This document shows positions 39,400-52,453 of a stretch of 64,000 bases of DNA, piece after piece. A program made the translations under genes and the position numbers. Numbering within the stretch: the stretch's first letter is position 1; each line of letters starts with the position of its first letter. The DNA is from Saccostrea cucullata (lineage: Eukaryota). A model generated the notes under the pieces. It ran no database searches, was not told where the DNA came from, and saw only the letters and a list, made by a program, of their open reading frames with translations. The stretch covers positions 1 through 64,000 of the forward strand of contig NW_026936166.1 in NCBI RefSeq assembly GCF_032062105.1, in the 5' to 3' direction.

Positions 39400-40680
39400 C
39401 CACAGAAAGCAAAAACGATAGCAACCTTTAATGTGAATTTGTCACAGAAGGTAGCTAATTATCACTGTAAACGTATGAAGCCGATAAAAGTCTTATATAG
39501 AACTACCTTAACGGACTTTTCTGAGGAACGCTTACTTTTACAGTTTATGGCAAACTTTTTCACTGGGGCTCTTTTACGAAATAAATATTTAATTCAACAA
39601 AAATAACGCGTTATGCAGCAATATACCTTTATCATCTGGATGCAGGGTTTACATGTATATTTCTCACTTGATTCGATACGCGAGAGCATGCTCTACGTAT
39701 GAACAATTTCTAAATTGAGGTAAATTATTGACAAACAAATAGCTGACAATCTCGTATAAAGGCATACATTAATCGATATCATTCTCATTTCGAAGTTCTA
39801 CGGTCGATACAACGACCATTTCAGTGAATACAGATAAGTAGTTATCATTAAGTCAATGCACACTGACATGTTTCATACTCATTGATAGGCAATTATATTC
39901 ACACAGAATTGTAGACGGATTTGACCTTTATTTCCCGATCATGCATATGACAATAAGAACCTATCGGGTCGGCAGGGTCCGTTAACTCTACCAAGACACC
40001 TGGTCCCATCTCTAATGTTTTGGAGGTCTGTGTAAGCTTTGCTCCAATCATGTATTGTTTAATGGACCTTTAAGCTTGAATACTATATTCGTTACTTACA
40101 TATTTTTCATTCACACCACCTATAAATTATCTTTGAGGAAAACGACAACCAGCCTTCCTTCAACTCGCGGCATTCACACATTAGTACCCCTTATAACATG
40201 CCTATGACCACTAACTTTTCTTATCTAGTATCAATTCTGAACCTCCGCAAATGATACAAGTAAACTGTCGACTGTAAAAGTCATTACTTCTCGAAAAAGT
40301 CCAAAAGTTGAACCTTTATGAAATTTGATGCATATCACATTTCCCAAACTAGAGACCAGAGACTTGTCCTGTTAAAATCATTGGTTTTATGGTGCAAATC
40401 TAAAAAGGAATACTATACTTTTAACTTTTATCAACTTCCCTTATTTATCTAGCAATGCAACCTTATATGATACGCAAGCGCATGCTCATGGTATGAACAT
40501 TATCTTTACTAGGCAAGGTACTGACAATAAGATAATGAAACAAGAATATCAACAATCTTCTTCAAAGTCCACACTTCGCAAAGACTGTAATCTGGCATGG
40601 CTTATCGGCAAAACAATCCATCATTAAGTCAACAGTTGATTGACTTTTTCAAACTTTAGTCCATTATCAAAACATGTAAT
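39400..40680 (+). mobile_element. Two degenerate Penelope-like RT and 3' fragments in tandem
   Basis: gattcgatacgcgagagcatgctc (IRYARAC) at about 39670 and again at about 40470; eroded 3' end at 39950-40110. Confidence 0.7.
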
Positions 40681-41694
40681 TATCTACTGAAATTTCTGTT
40701 TAACAATGGGCCAGCAACTACTGTAAACCAGCAGCTGTTTCTACAATTCTTAATCTATTTAACTTAAAGTCAATGTAAATGCAATACACGCATGTACATA
40801 GCTCTTTTTTTATCACACAATAAACGTATTAATATTTTGGATTTGGTCAACATTGACACAACCATATAAGATGCACAATTGTTAATCTGACCAATAAACA
40901 AGGCTTTTCAGATTTAAATCAATACAATAATCTCAAAAACATGTCAATTTTATGTTTTAGATACATAATAATGCATGAGAGAGCTTGACATTGCATAATT
41001 TATCTGTCTTCAGTTTATACTACACTTACATACATGTACACGAAGTATTCGGTGAAGTGGCACTGAATATATACGTTGTTGAATATCATATGGATGATTT
41101 GTTTTATTATTTCATTTCACTTTCAATTATTTAAATGCCTTTGTCAAGATAAGCCATAATTCTATTCCTGGTACGTACGTAAAATGACTTTCGAATTTTG
41201 TATGGACTGTGGAACCATAAAGTACTAAGAATAGGAGGTTAATTTGTGAGAACTATTGATATGTGCATGAACTTTTGAAAAATGTCCATAATCCCTCCCA
41301 TGCGTAGCAGGCTGTGCAGATAAATTCATTTTACATCATGTACATGGATAACGGACAAGAAAAAGAAATCGTTGACTCTTCTGAATGTTTCATTTTTTGT
41401 ACATAGCAGGCCAAAAAATGGAGTGATTGTAGAAGAGGAAAAGAATTTCATCAAGAGTGTAAAAATTGTTTCAATGCTATGTAGCTGGATATTTTAATAC
41501 TTTTTTATTTACAACCTTTGAATTATTAATGTTAAAACTGAATCATTTATTATCCATCTTTAGAATTCCGTTGATCTCTGTTGTTAGTAGTTTTTTAAGT
41601 ATTAGCATCATTATCAGGCTGTATACACTTAGTAATTGAAGCACATTTTTGGGTGGGGCGAAGGACCCTTCTCTGTAAGTTCATTGTCCCTGTT

Positions 41695-42400
41695 GTGGGA
41701 TAATTTTTGGGCCCCATCTTCCGCTGCATCCTAAAGTTGTAAAATCTGTTATCTCATTTGGCATTTGTAATTAATGTTCTACATACACATAAATTATCCT
41801 TCTTTATTATTTAACATGGTGCAGAACAGAGTTGCAAATGTGCTTCAGTTTCGAATGAACCGAATTGTTCACCAGTTTAAGTATTTAAGAGCACATAAGT
41901 GTATTTATGTACATAAATGAGTTTACGTGATCTAAATACGTATAAAATTGTGTATTTTTATTTTGTGTGAAGTCATGTGTCCCGAAGAGATTTTCTATGT
42001 TTTATATTTAAGCGCCCTTTAGCTACGGCTATTAGCCGTATCCTTTTCAAAATAATTTTTGGCTCCGAAAAATGTGGTTTACAAATTTTACCCACCTCCA
42101 CCCCCTCAATCCTTCATACTTATTGTTATTGTAGAAAATACATGTACTAGTTTCTCTTGTATAAGGTGTCAATTGTTATTGATGAAAAAAAAAATATGTA
42201 CTAGTTTTCTTTTGCATAAGGTGTGGGGTATATTTTGGGCCATATCTTCTGCTGCATTCTGAAAATGTAAAACCCGTAATCTCATAGTGCATTTGTAATA
42301 AATGCTCTATACACACGCACATCTTCTTTATTATTTAACATTATGCAGAACAGAGCTGCAAATGTGCTTCAGGTTCGTATGAACTGAATTGTTCATCATT
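41695..42400 (+). repeat. Dispersed ~180-bp direct duplication (41695-41875 and 42220-42400)
   Basis: Both copies read ttttgggcc..atcttc.gctgcat...tgcagaacagag.tgcaaatgtgcttcag.ttcg.atgaac.gaattgttca. Confidence 0.8.
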
Positions 42401-43000
42401 TCCAGAATTTTAGATTAAAATCTTATCTGTAATATCATTATTTTTGGCACACAGAGCTTGTGGCGTAAAGTTATCAAAAACTTCATTAAAGAAGTTGGCA
42501 AAAGAATTGAGAAAAAACGATTCATATACAAAGAATATTACTCTCGACAAGTTATATTGTTAAACCCTTATAAATATCATTCTAAATATTTATTTTACTT
42601 ATTATTATATTATTATAAAAAGTCCAACAAAAGAACTGTTTATTACATTGGTCTAACAATTTCAATCTTGACCGGTCTTACATAAGAATTGGTAGACCAC
42701 AACGTCACTCGTCTGTCAGGTCACAAGTAATTAATCATCGTTCAATATCGACGACGCGAAAATAGCCGAAGTTATAAGCAACAAGAGTTGTTGCTAACAG
42801 CAAGATAAGGAAGAAGGGAAGAGTATGTTTTGTGATAAATCATTTTTGTGATACAATAGATATATAATTGATTTTGTTCTTTCTCAGCTTGATGTTTTAT
42901 ATTTACTGACGATGCCATAATTTTCCATATAAAATAATTGATAAAATAGCTTGTATTGATTAAATTGATCAATCTTTAGTGAGCTGGGAAGGGAATAACA

Positions 43001-43148
43001 AAACAGTTATAGACTGGGATTCGGGCAACGTATGATTTGTTGGACCTAAAGGTGAAAATGTTGCCCTTGGTCTGCGGCCCCGAGCAACATTTTCATCTTC
43101 AGGTCTAACAAATCATATGTTGCCCTCATACCCAGTCAAAAACTGTTT
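43001..43148. repeat. Long imperfect palindrome, probable end of a Crypton-like element
   Basis: ~70-bp arms AAACAGTT.T.GACTGGG..GGGCAAC.TATGATTTGTT.GACCT.AAG.TGAAAATGTTGC and their reverse complement. Confidence 0.8.
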
Positions 43149-44234
43149 AATATTGGTCTGGTGGACGTGTAAGCGCTCGTAAAATAATTAACGTCATAGA
43201 TGGCGTAGCAGATAGACTGAATAGGTATAAGGTCGCAACCTGTGGGTATTTCAAAGATGTGGGAGTTCTCTTGGTATCCATCGTACTACTGTATTTCAGA
43301 TCTGCAACTTTGCTAATTGATATCCTTGGTTGGCTTTTGTAAATTCGAATAATGACAATAAATAACTAAGAAACCTATATATATTTTGATGTCTTTTTTT
43401 TTACTCTCAAAATACTTAAAATACGAAATTAAGTTCAAAACAACAATTTATGAGTGATGATAAATAAAAATTCAGATAATGTTTTTGTACACTGGCTTAT
43501 CAATTGAAATTAAAATTAGATAACATACAAAATAAAGAAATAAATGTTGATAGAATTTTCAAAAGAAATTTTCTTTACAATCACATTTTTTAAATTACTT
43601 ATTGCATTACAGACAAAAAAGGAATATCGAAATCAATACAAAAAATAGTACCGAGATCATATTAATAGTGCAGCTTAAATTTTATTTGTTTCTGATATTA
43701 AAGAATAATCCGAATCAAATCCTTTTTATATAACTTTATTAGGCATAGGGTTCCACTCAGTCCTCCATGCTCGCACTACTCGTGCCGGATACATACTGAC
43801 ACATCACCCACAATAGGCAAAATTACTCCTGTATAAAAACTCTAACACACAACACACATTCAGAGTTGCTTCCCTTGCATCATATCTACACACTACAATA
43901 CCTCCTTTTCTAAGATTTACAAATCTCAAAATTAAAGATTCACTGAATTACTGGAAAGAAATTACTGTCCAATAAATTGCTAGAAACCATTTACAATTTA
44001 AAGTCTCAGATACAGAGAACTCAGACTCAATCAGTCATATTCACAAGGAAATAAAATTTAAATTTCAAAGTCCTCAAAACGTTAAGGTAGTTTCCTTATA
44101 CGGTTAAACCTTTTCCCGTTCTGAGATACTGGAGCAGAGGACGGATAATTATCGCTGATATCAGTAGACAAAGTAGAGTTTTCTGTACAAGTTTATTCGG
44201 CTTAGCATGATACGACGTAACATTTTCATCCTTT

Positions 44235-44532
44235 CGCCCGAGTGGCGCAGTGGTTAGAGCGTCTGTTCTAGAGTCGTTAAAAGAAGTCGATCCTTATGTT
44301 GCGGGTTCTAATCCCACAGTGGGAGGCGGAGACAGATCCTTCGGACGAGACCGTATTTTAACCGATATCCCTTGTCGCGGTAGAAACTGGCCTAAATAAG
44401 ATACCTCACTGCTCAATGACATTGAGCGTCAAGCATAGGAAAAAATTGTAACTCTCCACCGGTAAGTATTGGTGTCTCCATATGAGTGAACATTTTTGAG
44501 AGGGATGTTAAACAACATTCAATCAATCAATC
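44235..44532 (+). mobile_element. tRNA-derived SINE inserted in the Gypsy remnant
   Basis: A box TGGCGCAGTGG, B box GGTTCTAATCC, (ATCA)n tail, and an approximate TSD cattttcatccttt / cattttatcttt. Confidence 0.88.
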
Positions 44533-45285
44533 CATTTTATCTTTGATTGCTTTCTTCAAGAGGAATGAATCTCCTTGCTCTAAATGCAATTCACTGCACC
44601 ATATTTCTTGTCGATATAAAGCTTGTTTTTTGTATTTGGAATACACATCTTTATCACACACTCTTTCATCATAAACGTTTTCTTGTAGATTTTTAACCTA
44701 CAGAAGCTTTGTTTTCAGTTTATGAAGGAATATAAATTCTACAAGTGGAACTTCTGTTGTATTATGAGGAACTGTTCGGTTTATGCAAATAGAAATTTCT
44801 GACTTTTAAGCTTTAGTATCTGCTTGTGCTATCTGAATCCTTTTCATCAACGATCTGTTTTGTCGTTCTAACTTCCCGTTTGCTAACGGTTTAAATGTTC
44901 GATGCTTGATACAGTTATATGTCAATTAATCCTTGAATAACTTAGACCTGGCTATGGGCACATTATCAGAAGTTATTTGAAAAGGAAGTCCATGTCGACA
45001 ATTCATTCTCTCCAGCGTATCAATGAATCCCCAACTCGTTATATCCTTGGTAATTTTCATCTCGTATAATATCCGATGTAATAATCAACAACATACTGTC
45101 CAGATGTGAACGGTACAAGGATGTCGATATCTTATTCATGTCATGATCCTGTTTGTAAGGGTGTCGGAATGATTAGTTCTGGTTTCGGGTATGCACGGTA
45201 ATCTGGCATCCATGAATCGATTTCACGTACTTCTCCACTTCCTTATCCATATCAGGCCAACAAACTTTAGTTCTTAATTGCTTAA

Positions 45286-45630
45286 AGCAATATGAGCTGT
45301 ATCTTTGAAAACTTTATTTTGATTGTAAAATGTGCTATTTTGATTAATTTGTATGTAATTTAAATTCTTATGACAATAAGTCCAAAATAAAATTTAAAAA
45401 TGTAACATAAGAAATATTTCTTTACAACCGAATATACAGTTTTGTTTTAGAAATCATTATTATACAGGACGACAATAATTCAATTTTGCTTCAATCAAAG
45501 CTAATAAAAAATTTTGCATCGCAAATATGAACAACGGAAGTTTAAAATGATTTATTTTTCTGTCATTTAATTAGTTAATTACAAATTTGCAATAAAAATT
45601 TCCGATGTCAAACATGCAGCTCATATTGCT
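45286..45630. mobile_element. 345-bp MITE with TTAA target duplication (Kolobok-like)
   Basis: TTAA-AGCAATATGAGCTG ... CAGCTCATATTGCT-TTAA. The Gypsy integrase frame resumes on both sides. A related end occurs near 51476-51493. Confidence 0.88.
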
Positions 45631-46271
45631 TTAACTGCTGTTTTGAATCTAAATGACCCTGGTGAGCTAACTGTATGCACCGCTTCCTCAGATTTCTCGG
45701 AATCACTATTCTGGATCTACGTAACACCATGTATCAAAACAACAAAGTTCATCTCGGAATGGGTAATAATCAAAAACAAGTCTTTCTCTAATACAGACCG
45801 TGTTAAACCAATTTTCATGTGAGTTGGGACCAAAATTGTTAATGTTTTGGTTTTTTTAAATCATGCAAGACTTCCAATTGAGTTAGAGTATGGTTACTAC
45901 AGCGTTTTATATCAAAACAAAAGAAAAAGGGATAAAACGAACATTGTTTTCGTTTTTTTTACCCTTTTATCTAAGCAATAAACGCAATTTTTAAATTGAT
46001 ATAATCACAACTTCAAAACATTACAGAATCACTATTTAATAAGTATCCCATTCGCATAAATATGATAATTCAAGTTAATGCGTTAAAGTATCACCGATCA
46101 TCATCTCTAAAAGGTACATCATCCAGTGCTGACATCATTACGCTATTGTTCCTAAAAGACAGAATACATGATCATGAATAGTTAAATTATATCGTTCTCT
46201 GCTGTTTGTATGGAACATTCCAGTCAGAATACGATTGAAGTGTTATTAACAGTGATTATTATCCTTCAGAA

Positions 46272-46801
46272 TTATACAGTCAATCTGATTGGTTAAAAGC
46301 ATGTCACGTGAGGTGAGACAATTCGTGATGTCTCCCTCACGTGCAGGGTGACAACTGTTGTCACCCTCCAGATGACAATGAAATAGCGTAAACGAGCAAG
46401 CAGGGTTACAACTGCGTTGTCGCCCTTTGAATGAAATTACACTGGTTTAAGCGAGATAACTCATTTATGATTATACATGTAATATAGTATTACTAATATC
46501 CGGGATCGGTAAACAATAAATTCTAGACTAATGATGATGTCAGATCGAGTTGTCTGTTGACATATTTTAAAAGCATAGATTCAGAGCAGAGACGGAGACA
46601 CAAAAGGTTTGATTAAATTTTTCTACTCCATCTAATTGATAATTAGATTCTTCAGGATAAAAAAACTATTATGGACTGTTTAGAAGGGAGACATCACCAG
46701 TTATCAGATCTGAGTAGGGTTGTCACCCGAGGGCGCTTACAACCCTACTCAGACCTGATAACTGGTGATGTCTCCCTTCTAAACAGTCCATAATTGTATA
46801 T
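46272..46801 (+). mobile_element. Non-autonomous Crypton-like element with a long subterminal palindrome
   Basis: TTATAC..CTGATTGGTTAA..CACGTG left end. 56-bp inverted arms at 46668-46723 and 46739-46794 with 1 mismatch. Ends in GTATA. The family assignment comes from recalled structure only. Confidence 0.6.
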
Positions 46802-47141
46802 TAAGAATGCAAAAACCGTCAGTAAAGAAAATAAACTTTGCTAGATGCTGATTATATGACCTAAAAACACATTAACATCAAGATTTTAGACAATGTAGCT
46901 ACTTTCGGTGAAACAATGGCAATACTCAGAATATGCTCTGAGAACAAATTTCCAATGCATTAAATATCAGATACGTATAAAATGATAACCAATGATTTGT
47001 GGTCGGATGAAATATACGATACATTCGATACAAAGCACAGTTTGTGAGCTGAAAAGTTCAGTAAACATGATTTGTGTGCATGGTTGTAACGGCGTTCTGC
47101 ATTTTATTCTATTTTCGAGTCGTAAGGCATAAAAATACACA

Positions 47142-47486
47142 GCCCATTAACAAAAAAATACTATATTAATTAGCTATAGTTTACTATAGTTAACTATAGT
47201 AAACCAAAGTTCCAAGGTTTTCATTTTGGTTATCCAAAGTTCCAAAGATTTTACCATTATGTAGTAAATTTAATTTCAATACTTTTTTAACTATAGCTAA
47301 TCAAAGTTCTAAAGTTTTCAGTGTATCAAATTTAAATTCTTAAGATTTTACTTATAAAACTATATTATTATATAATAATTATTATTATTATCAATTATAT
47401 AACTTATAATAAAATTCAAACTAAACTTATGGATGATTTTATTTAAATTCAAGTTTTATAGTTCACTATCAATGATTTAGAAAGGA
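47142..47486. repeat. ACTATAGT/CAAAGTT-rich repeat, possibly a degenerate non-autonomous DNA transposon
   Basis: Clustered ctatagt and ccaaagttcc units; ends resemble CCC..GG termini. Confidence 0.4.
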
Positions 47487-47577
47487 ATTCATGTTACTTT
47501 TCTTCATCACTCTCATGCAAAACCTTACGTAACGTCAAAAGTGCGTTAGATGTACAACTTTCATGATTTAAAGGTAC

Positions 47578-47692
47578 CTATTATGTTGTCCAAATCTTTT
47601 CAAAATAAGGTGCATTGTTATAAAGCCAATCAAAAGACCAATAATTAAACCAGAAAAATCTGATCCTACTGCAGCGCCAACAATCTTTTCAA
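47578..47692 (-). CDS. Orphan transmembrane exon of a further type-I membrane gene or pseudogene
   Basis: tttag acceptor and AG|gtacc donor, phase 1 to 2. Encodes EKIVGAAVGSDFSGLIIGLLIGFITMHLIL-KRFGQHNR, with the same phase pattern as the TM exons at 23318 and 38054. Confidence 0.55.
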
Positions 47693-48887
47693 CTAAAGAA
47701 CAAATATAACATTTAAATATAAATAAGGTGTATCTTTGCAACTTAATAACAAAAATCAAAATCATAAAGCATATACAATTTCTTTAATTATTTACAAAAA
47801 TTAATAAAATCACCAAAATATTAATTAATACATGTTCATCAATTTGAGAAAGATCTATTAGTAAGAATAATCAAAAATGCAAAATACCTTCTTTTCAAAA
47901 TGTTAAAGTATAAGTAAAAAATAAAACAAGTTTATCTTTTAAAAAAGATATGTGAGCTAGCGCCGTAGCAATTTTTAAACAGAGAAAGGAAGGTCCGTGA
48001 TCAAGTAATATATTTTGCTGAATTCTTTAATTTTTATCGAGGCTGTGAGTGTAATAAAGTTATAATTGTTTTGTGAAGTGTATTTTATACACACATAGGT
48101 AAAAAAACGATAGGGTGTTGACCTATTGGAGTTTTGGCACAACGGAACATTGATGACCTTTACTGGAGAGAAAGGGGGATCGTAAAATATGGGAAGATGC
48201 CGATTGAGGCATTGTATGAGCTGGTTTTAGGGTGAAATTTCGTGGCAATGTAGCAAAGAAAATACAGGAGAGTTAAAAGGAATATAGAAATAACTCAAAG
48301 TGTATGTTGTTTAAAGAAATCCAGAGAGTTCCGAATTTGAAGTTGTGAAGTAGTTTGGTCCTTTGGGTCATCTTTGTCCAGAACTGTTACGTTTTAAAAA
48401 GCCATACACATAAGATTTTTTTTAATATAAATAATGGATTTATTTGTTATTTTAAGTGTAAATTCTTGTTTCTGGAAATTGTAAGATTGGCTGAATTGAC
48501 CAATCAGAAATTAGAGTCTATCTTTGGTTATGCTTAGACGTAAAAAAAACTCCGTTGTCTTTGTTTTGAACAATCAAATAATGACTCGGGCTTTCCCGTC
48601 AGAAAAGAGAGAAAATTGAAGTATTGCAATTATGTAGTTATCTTTAAACTGTAAGCTACACAATAAATAAATTATTAAACATGTTAAATGATACAACGAA
48701 ATTGTTATTGTACGGTCTATCTATAGTAGTTTTCACAGTTTTCCCAGAATGCACCACCATGAAGCCGAGCATGCGTATTTAAGGACTTTGGAATAACGTA
48801 GTTGCTAGCTCTCGAGAGCGCTAGCAATGAATGTAATAAAATAGGGGTCTAAAATACAAATACATCACCTCAATTCAGAGCTATTAA

Positions 48888-49281
48888 AACTAGAGGTACT
48901 GTGAGCAATGAGCTTACTAAATAATACCCCCGCTTCTTATATGAATACTAGAGGTACTGTGAGCAATGGGCTCACTAAATGATACCCCCGCCTCCCATAT
49001 GAATAAAATGGCAGTGTCCATTACATGTTTTGCTCTGGAAAATCCAAAATATATGTCAGATCAAAAAGTAAAATAAGAGGTGCACAATGGCAATATATAA
49101 TAAAGATTCCGTGAAAGTGTCATAAAATTTCCTTCAGTGGTATGAGAGGAGTTGCGGCTAAGATATGGGTACCTCAAAGCGTAACAGACGGATGGACAGA
49201 TGTATACACCGACGGACAGACGGACGGACGGAAATACCGATTACTATATAGCCTCCCGCTTTTCAGGCGGGGGTATAACAA
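48888..49281 (+). mobile_element. HINE with a tandemly duplicated 58-bp left end
   Basis: AACTAGAG start, subterminal inverted repeats ATACCCCCGC/GCGGGGGTAT, (GGAC)n microsatellite and a 3' palindrome. Confidence 0.8.
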
Positions 49282-52194
49282 TATCTTAATATGAAGATTC
49301 AAAAATACAGACTTCATAATTTTCAGCATAAATGAATGTAAATTTATGTTACCTTTGTCTGATCTGGACAGCTCAATAATTCCTTGAAGAGAAAAGACCA
49401 TTATCATGGCTTCAAGTTGATATTTTATTAAAGAAAAATCAAAATTTTATGTAGAATTGTGTCAAGAATAAAAGCAATAAATATATTCACGATATTAATT
49501 TTGCTGAGGCATGTACTTACTTATTTTGAACATAAGTTTGAAGGATTTAATTATTTTTTATTTTGATAAGGATGCCGGGCACTCTTTGATCAGAAAGTCG
49601 CCCCCCTCCCCCCACAAGAATAGATATGGGTTACCCCATATCCAAAGATATTCGACTGTTAGATTTAATATGTTTAACAGTGTTTATAATGACGTTAATA
49701 AAAAAAAACTGCACTGTCTAATTATGGAACTGTTGTAAATATCGTGATTCCATAGCATTACGGTCACCCAGTCTCCTAACAAACAGTACACATAGGCCTA
49801 CATGTACCTGTAGCCTTGGTCTACACACGTGCAATGGAGCTGTCACACGCATCCAGCGAGCTCGGAGAAACACGTTTTGTTTTGCCGAGAAGTTACGGTG
49901 TCAGACAAAACTTTTCTTTTCTTAATTAGATCATAAAAATACGAATTCTGATTAATAAAAATTATACAATCCCTGTTGAACTTTATATAGTTTGTTCTAA
50001 CATTTGCATCTGCAACAACTTGTGTTTAAAATGGCCGGGTTGGGAAAATCAGGACCGGGTCGGAAAATTCTAAACTGAAAACATGGAAAACCTTTTTTGT
50101 TTTGAAAATAACTGAAATATACTAATATATTTGTCGCAGAAATTACTTACATTATTCAAGTTCTATATATAATGGTATGCTGAACTTCAACACGAACCCG
50201 AATCTCCAACCCATGCAGTTCTCGTTTTGCCACACATACCCTACAGTTTACAAAGTGTACACACGAGCAGGCCAGGGATTGAAAATTCCGTCATTTAATA
50301 ATACACACACACAGAATGATTACTTTTTTCTTTAAGAACAAATTGCATGATAATTAACGGACTATAAACATGTACTTAATACAATTGTTGATATAGTATT
50401 ATCAATTCATTGGTGAAAAGATATGAATCGAAGAATGACCTAATTATTCTCTGTTATCAAACACGTAAAAAAAAAAAGGCTGAGGAGGGAGCGAGCGTAG
50501 GATATTGATATTTTTTATTTGCATTTCGGGGGGAAAATGACTTTCTAATGATATTTTGACGTTATTTTTGATTTCTTTAACGTATGACATACACAACTTT
50601 ACTCTTATCATGAACAATAATGTTGTATCTACTTATCATGATGGAATTATTTTGGTCGGACCAATATGTGTGAGCTGCCGCTGAATACAGTTATATATCT
50701 TGCAAAGATAGTATGCATTGATCGAATATATAGAAAATACAATAAATTGGGAGATCAAAAAACCTTATACAAATATTCTTTTACATAACCAAGTCAAGTT
50801 GTATAATGATCTCCCCTGTTACATGTCAAAATAATGTACGAAATAACTTACAGAAAAAGTTGTAAAACATATATACACTACAAGCAAACAGAAGCCCCCC
50901 CCACACAACCCACTATTGTGTTTTAGGAAAACAAGAGAGATAACATAAAATAATCAAGAATTATTTTACCATTAGCATAAATGTTTGATAGTTGACTGAT
51001 GGTGAAAGCTGAGGAAGGTGGGTGGGTGATTTCTTTCGTAGAAAAATTTAACGTGTTTTGTTTTCCCTCTAAATCAGGGAAGTGGCGCTATTCTGAGACA
51101 CAAGAAAATACACGCTTCTGATTGGTTAATACACACCGGTTTAGCTAATTCCCCGAAAGACGCCAAATACACATTACATATGATATGTATTGATTTTTAA
51201 GAAAACAAAAACTCTAGTACCAAAACAAAAACACATGATTACATTAATGCTATTATTTGACAATAATGCTGTATAATAAGCTTCGATAGAAGAAAAATTA
51301 CATTATTGTCGTCCTGTACAATATATAAAGACTTCTTAAATAAAACTGTAAATTGGATTTTTAACAGAGGTCTTTCTTGTGCTTTATTTTAGTCCAATTA
51401 AGCATAAAGGTTAAAGTTACATACACATTTATAATTATAACAGATTTTTACTGCAAAATAAAATTTTAAAAAATACAGCTCATGTTGCTTTAATATCCAA
51501 AAGGGAATGCAAATTATTTCTGTATAGCCTGATTTGGTATCCCCCTAACAATGACCTGAATCATCTGTATCCATACAATCCTCGGGATTTATAAGAAATT
51601 CATGATTTCATAAATGTGCCTATAATTTTCAACAGTAACTCCATCTTACCAAATGCAAACAAACAAAATTATTACTAGGTATGTGTATCAGTTATTATCT
51701 CGCCTCACTCCCCAGCATTCCCATTACTAAGCTTGTATTATTGAGCGGCTAATTTGAACTAATATAAAACCAACGAAATTTTACACCCACATTAATTTTG
51801 TTTAATGATTTTAAAATCAAACTTCTTTGACCAAGAATTAGAGTAATTCCTTAAATAAAATGTATGTGTGCTGATGTTATAAAATGTTATCATGCAGAAA
51901 TTAAAATTAAGACAAAATTCATCATTTCTGATTCCAAACGTAAGGTTTCATTCAGAAACAACAGAAGGCATTTTTAAACTTCTGATGATATTGTTCAAAT
52001 TCCAGCAATATTAAAATAATTAATCATTTGAAATATAACGATATGATGATGCATGTAAAAAAAATGTCATCCACATTATTTATAAGAATCCTCTTTCGTA
52101 AAATAAAAGATCAATTTTATACCTCATAGACGTAACGTTTGGTCTCATAATCAAGTCATCATGTCACATAGTATTACATTGACACATGGATGAA

Positions 52195-52415
52195 ATACAT
52201 GGAGATAACGCACAGTACATTCAAGCTTAAAGTTTATCAAACACTGACCTTAAAAAAGATCAGAGGTTGGATCAAGTGCCAAGGAGGAGTGGGCATCCCT
52301 TGCCGACTGGTCAAACCCGCTTTGTACACGATATCATGAGAAGGAAATAGCGGAAAAGTAACTCGAAAATTCAATATGTAGATAATGGTCTTACAATTAG
52401 TATGAAAAACGTCAG
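52195..52415 (-). mobile_element. Penelope-like 3' end just upstream of the otopetrin acceptor
   Basis: ggaggagtgggcatcccttgccgactggtcaaacccgc matches the family 3' end. Confidence 0.75.
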
Positions 52416-52453
52416 ATAGATTGGATTTGCTGATTGAAATTTATTTTTTGTAG

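Larger units (their letters stand above)
43690..45900 (-). mobile_element. Old Gypsy remnant: integrase, PPT and short 3' LTR
   Basis: AHQGHL..LRTKVCWPDMDKEVEKYVKS zinc-binding region and ERQNRSLMKRIQIA core. PPT CTTAGAAAAGGAGGTAT precedes TGTAGTG at 43897. Confidence 0.72.

Noticed and set aside
51636-51678. Candidate upstream otopetrin exon (aacag...ctag|gtatgt)
   Set aside because: Good splice sites, but the phase-1 frame starts with TAA and has no ATG; cannot be joined without an indel.
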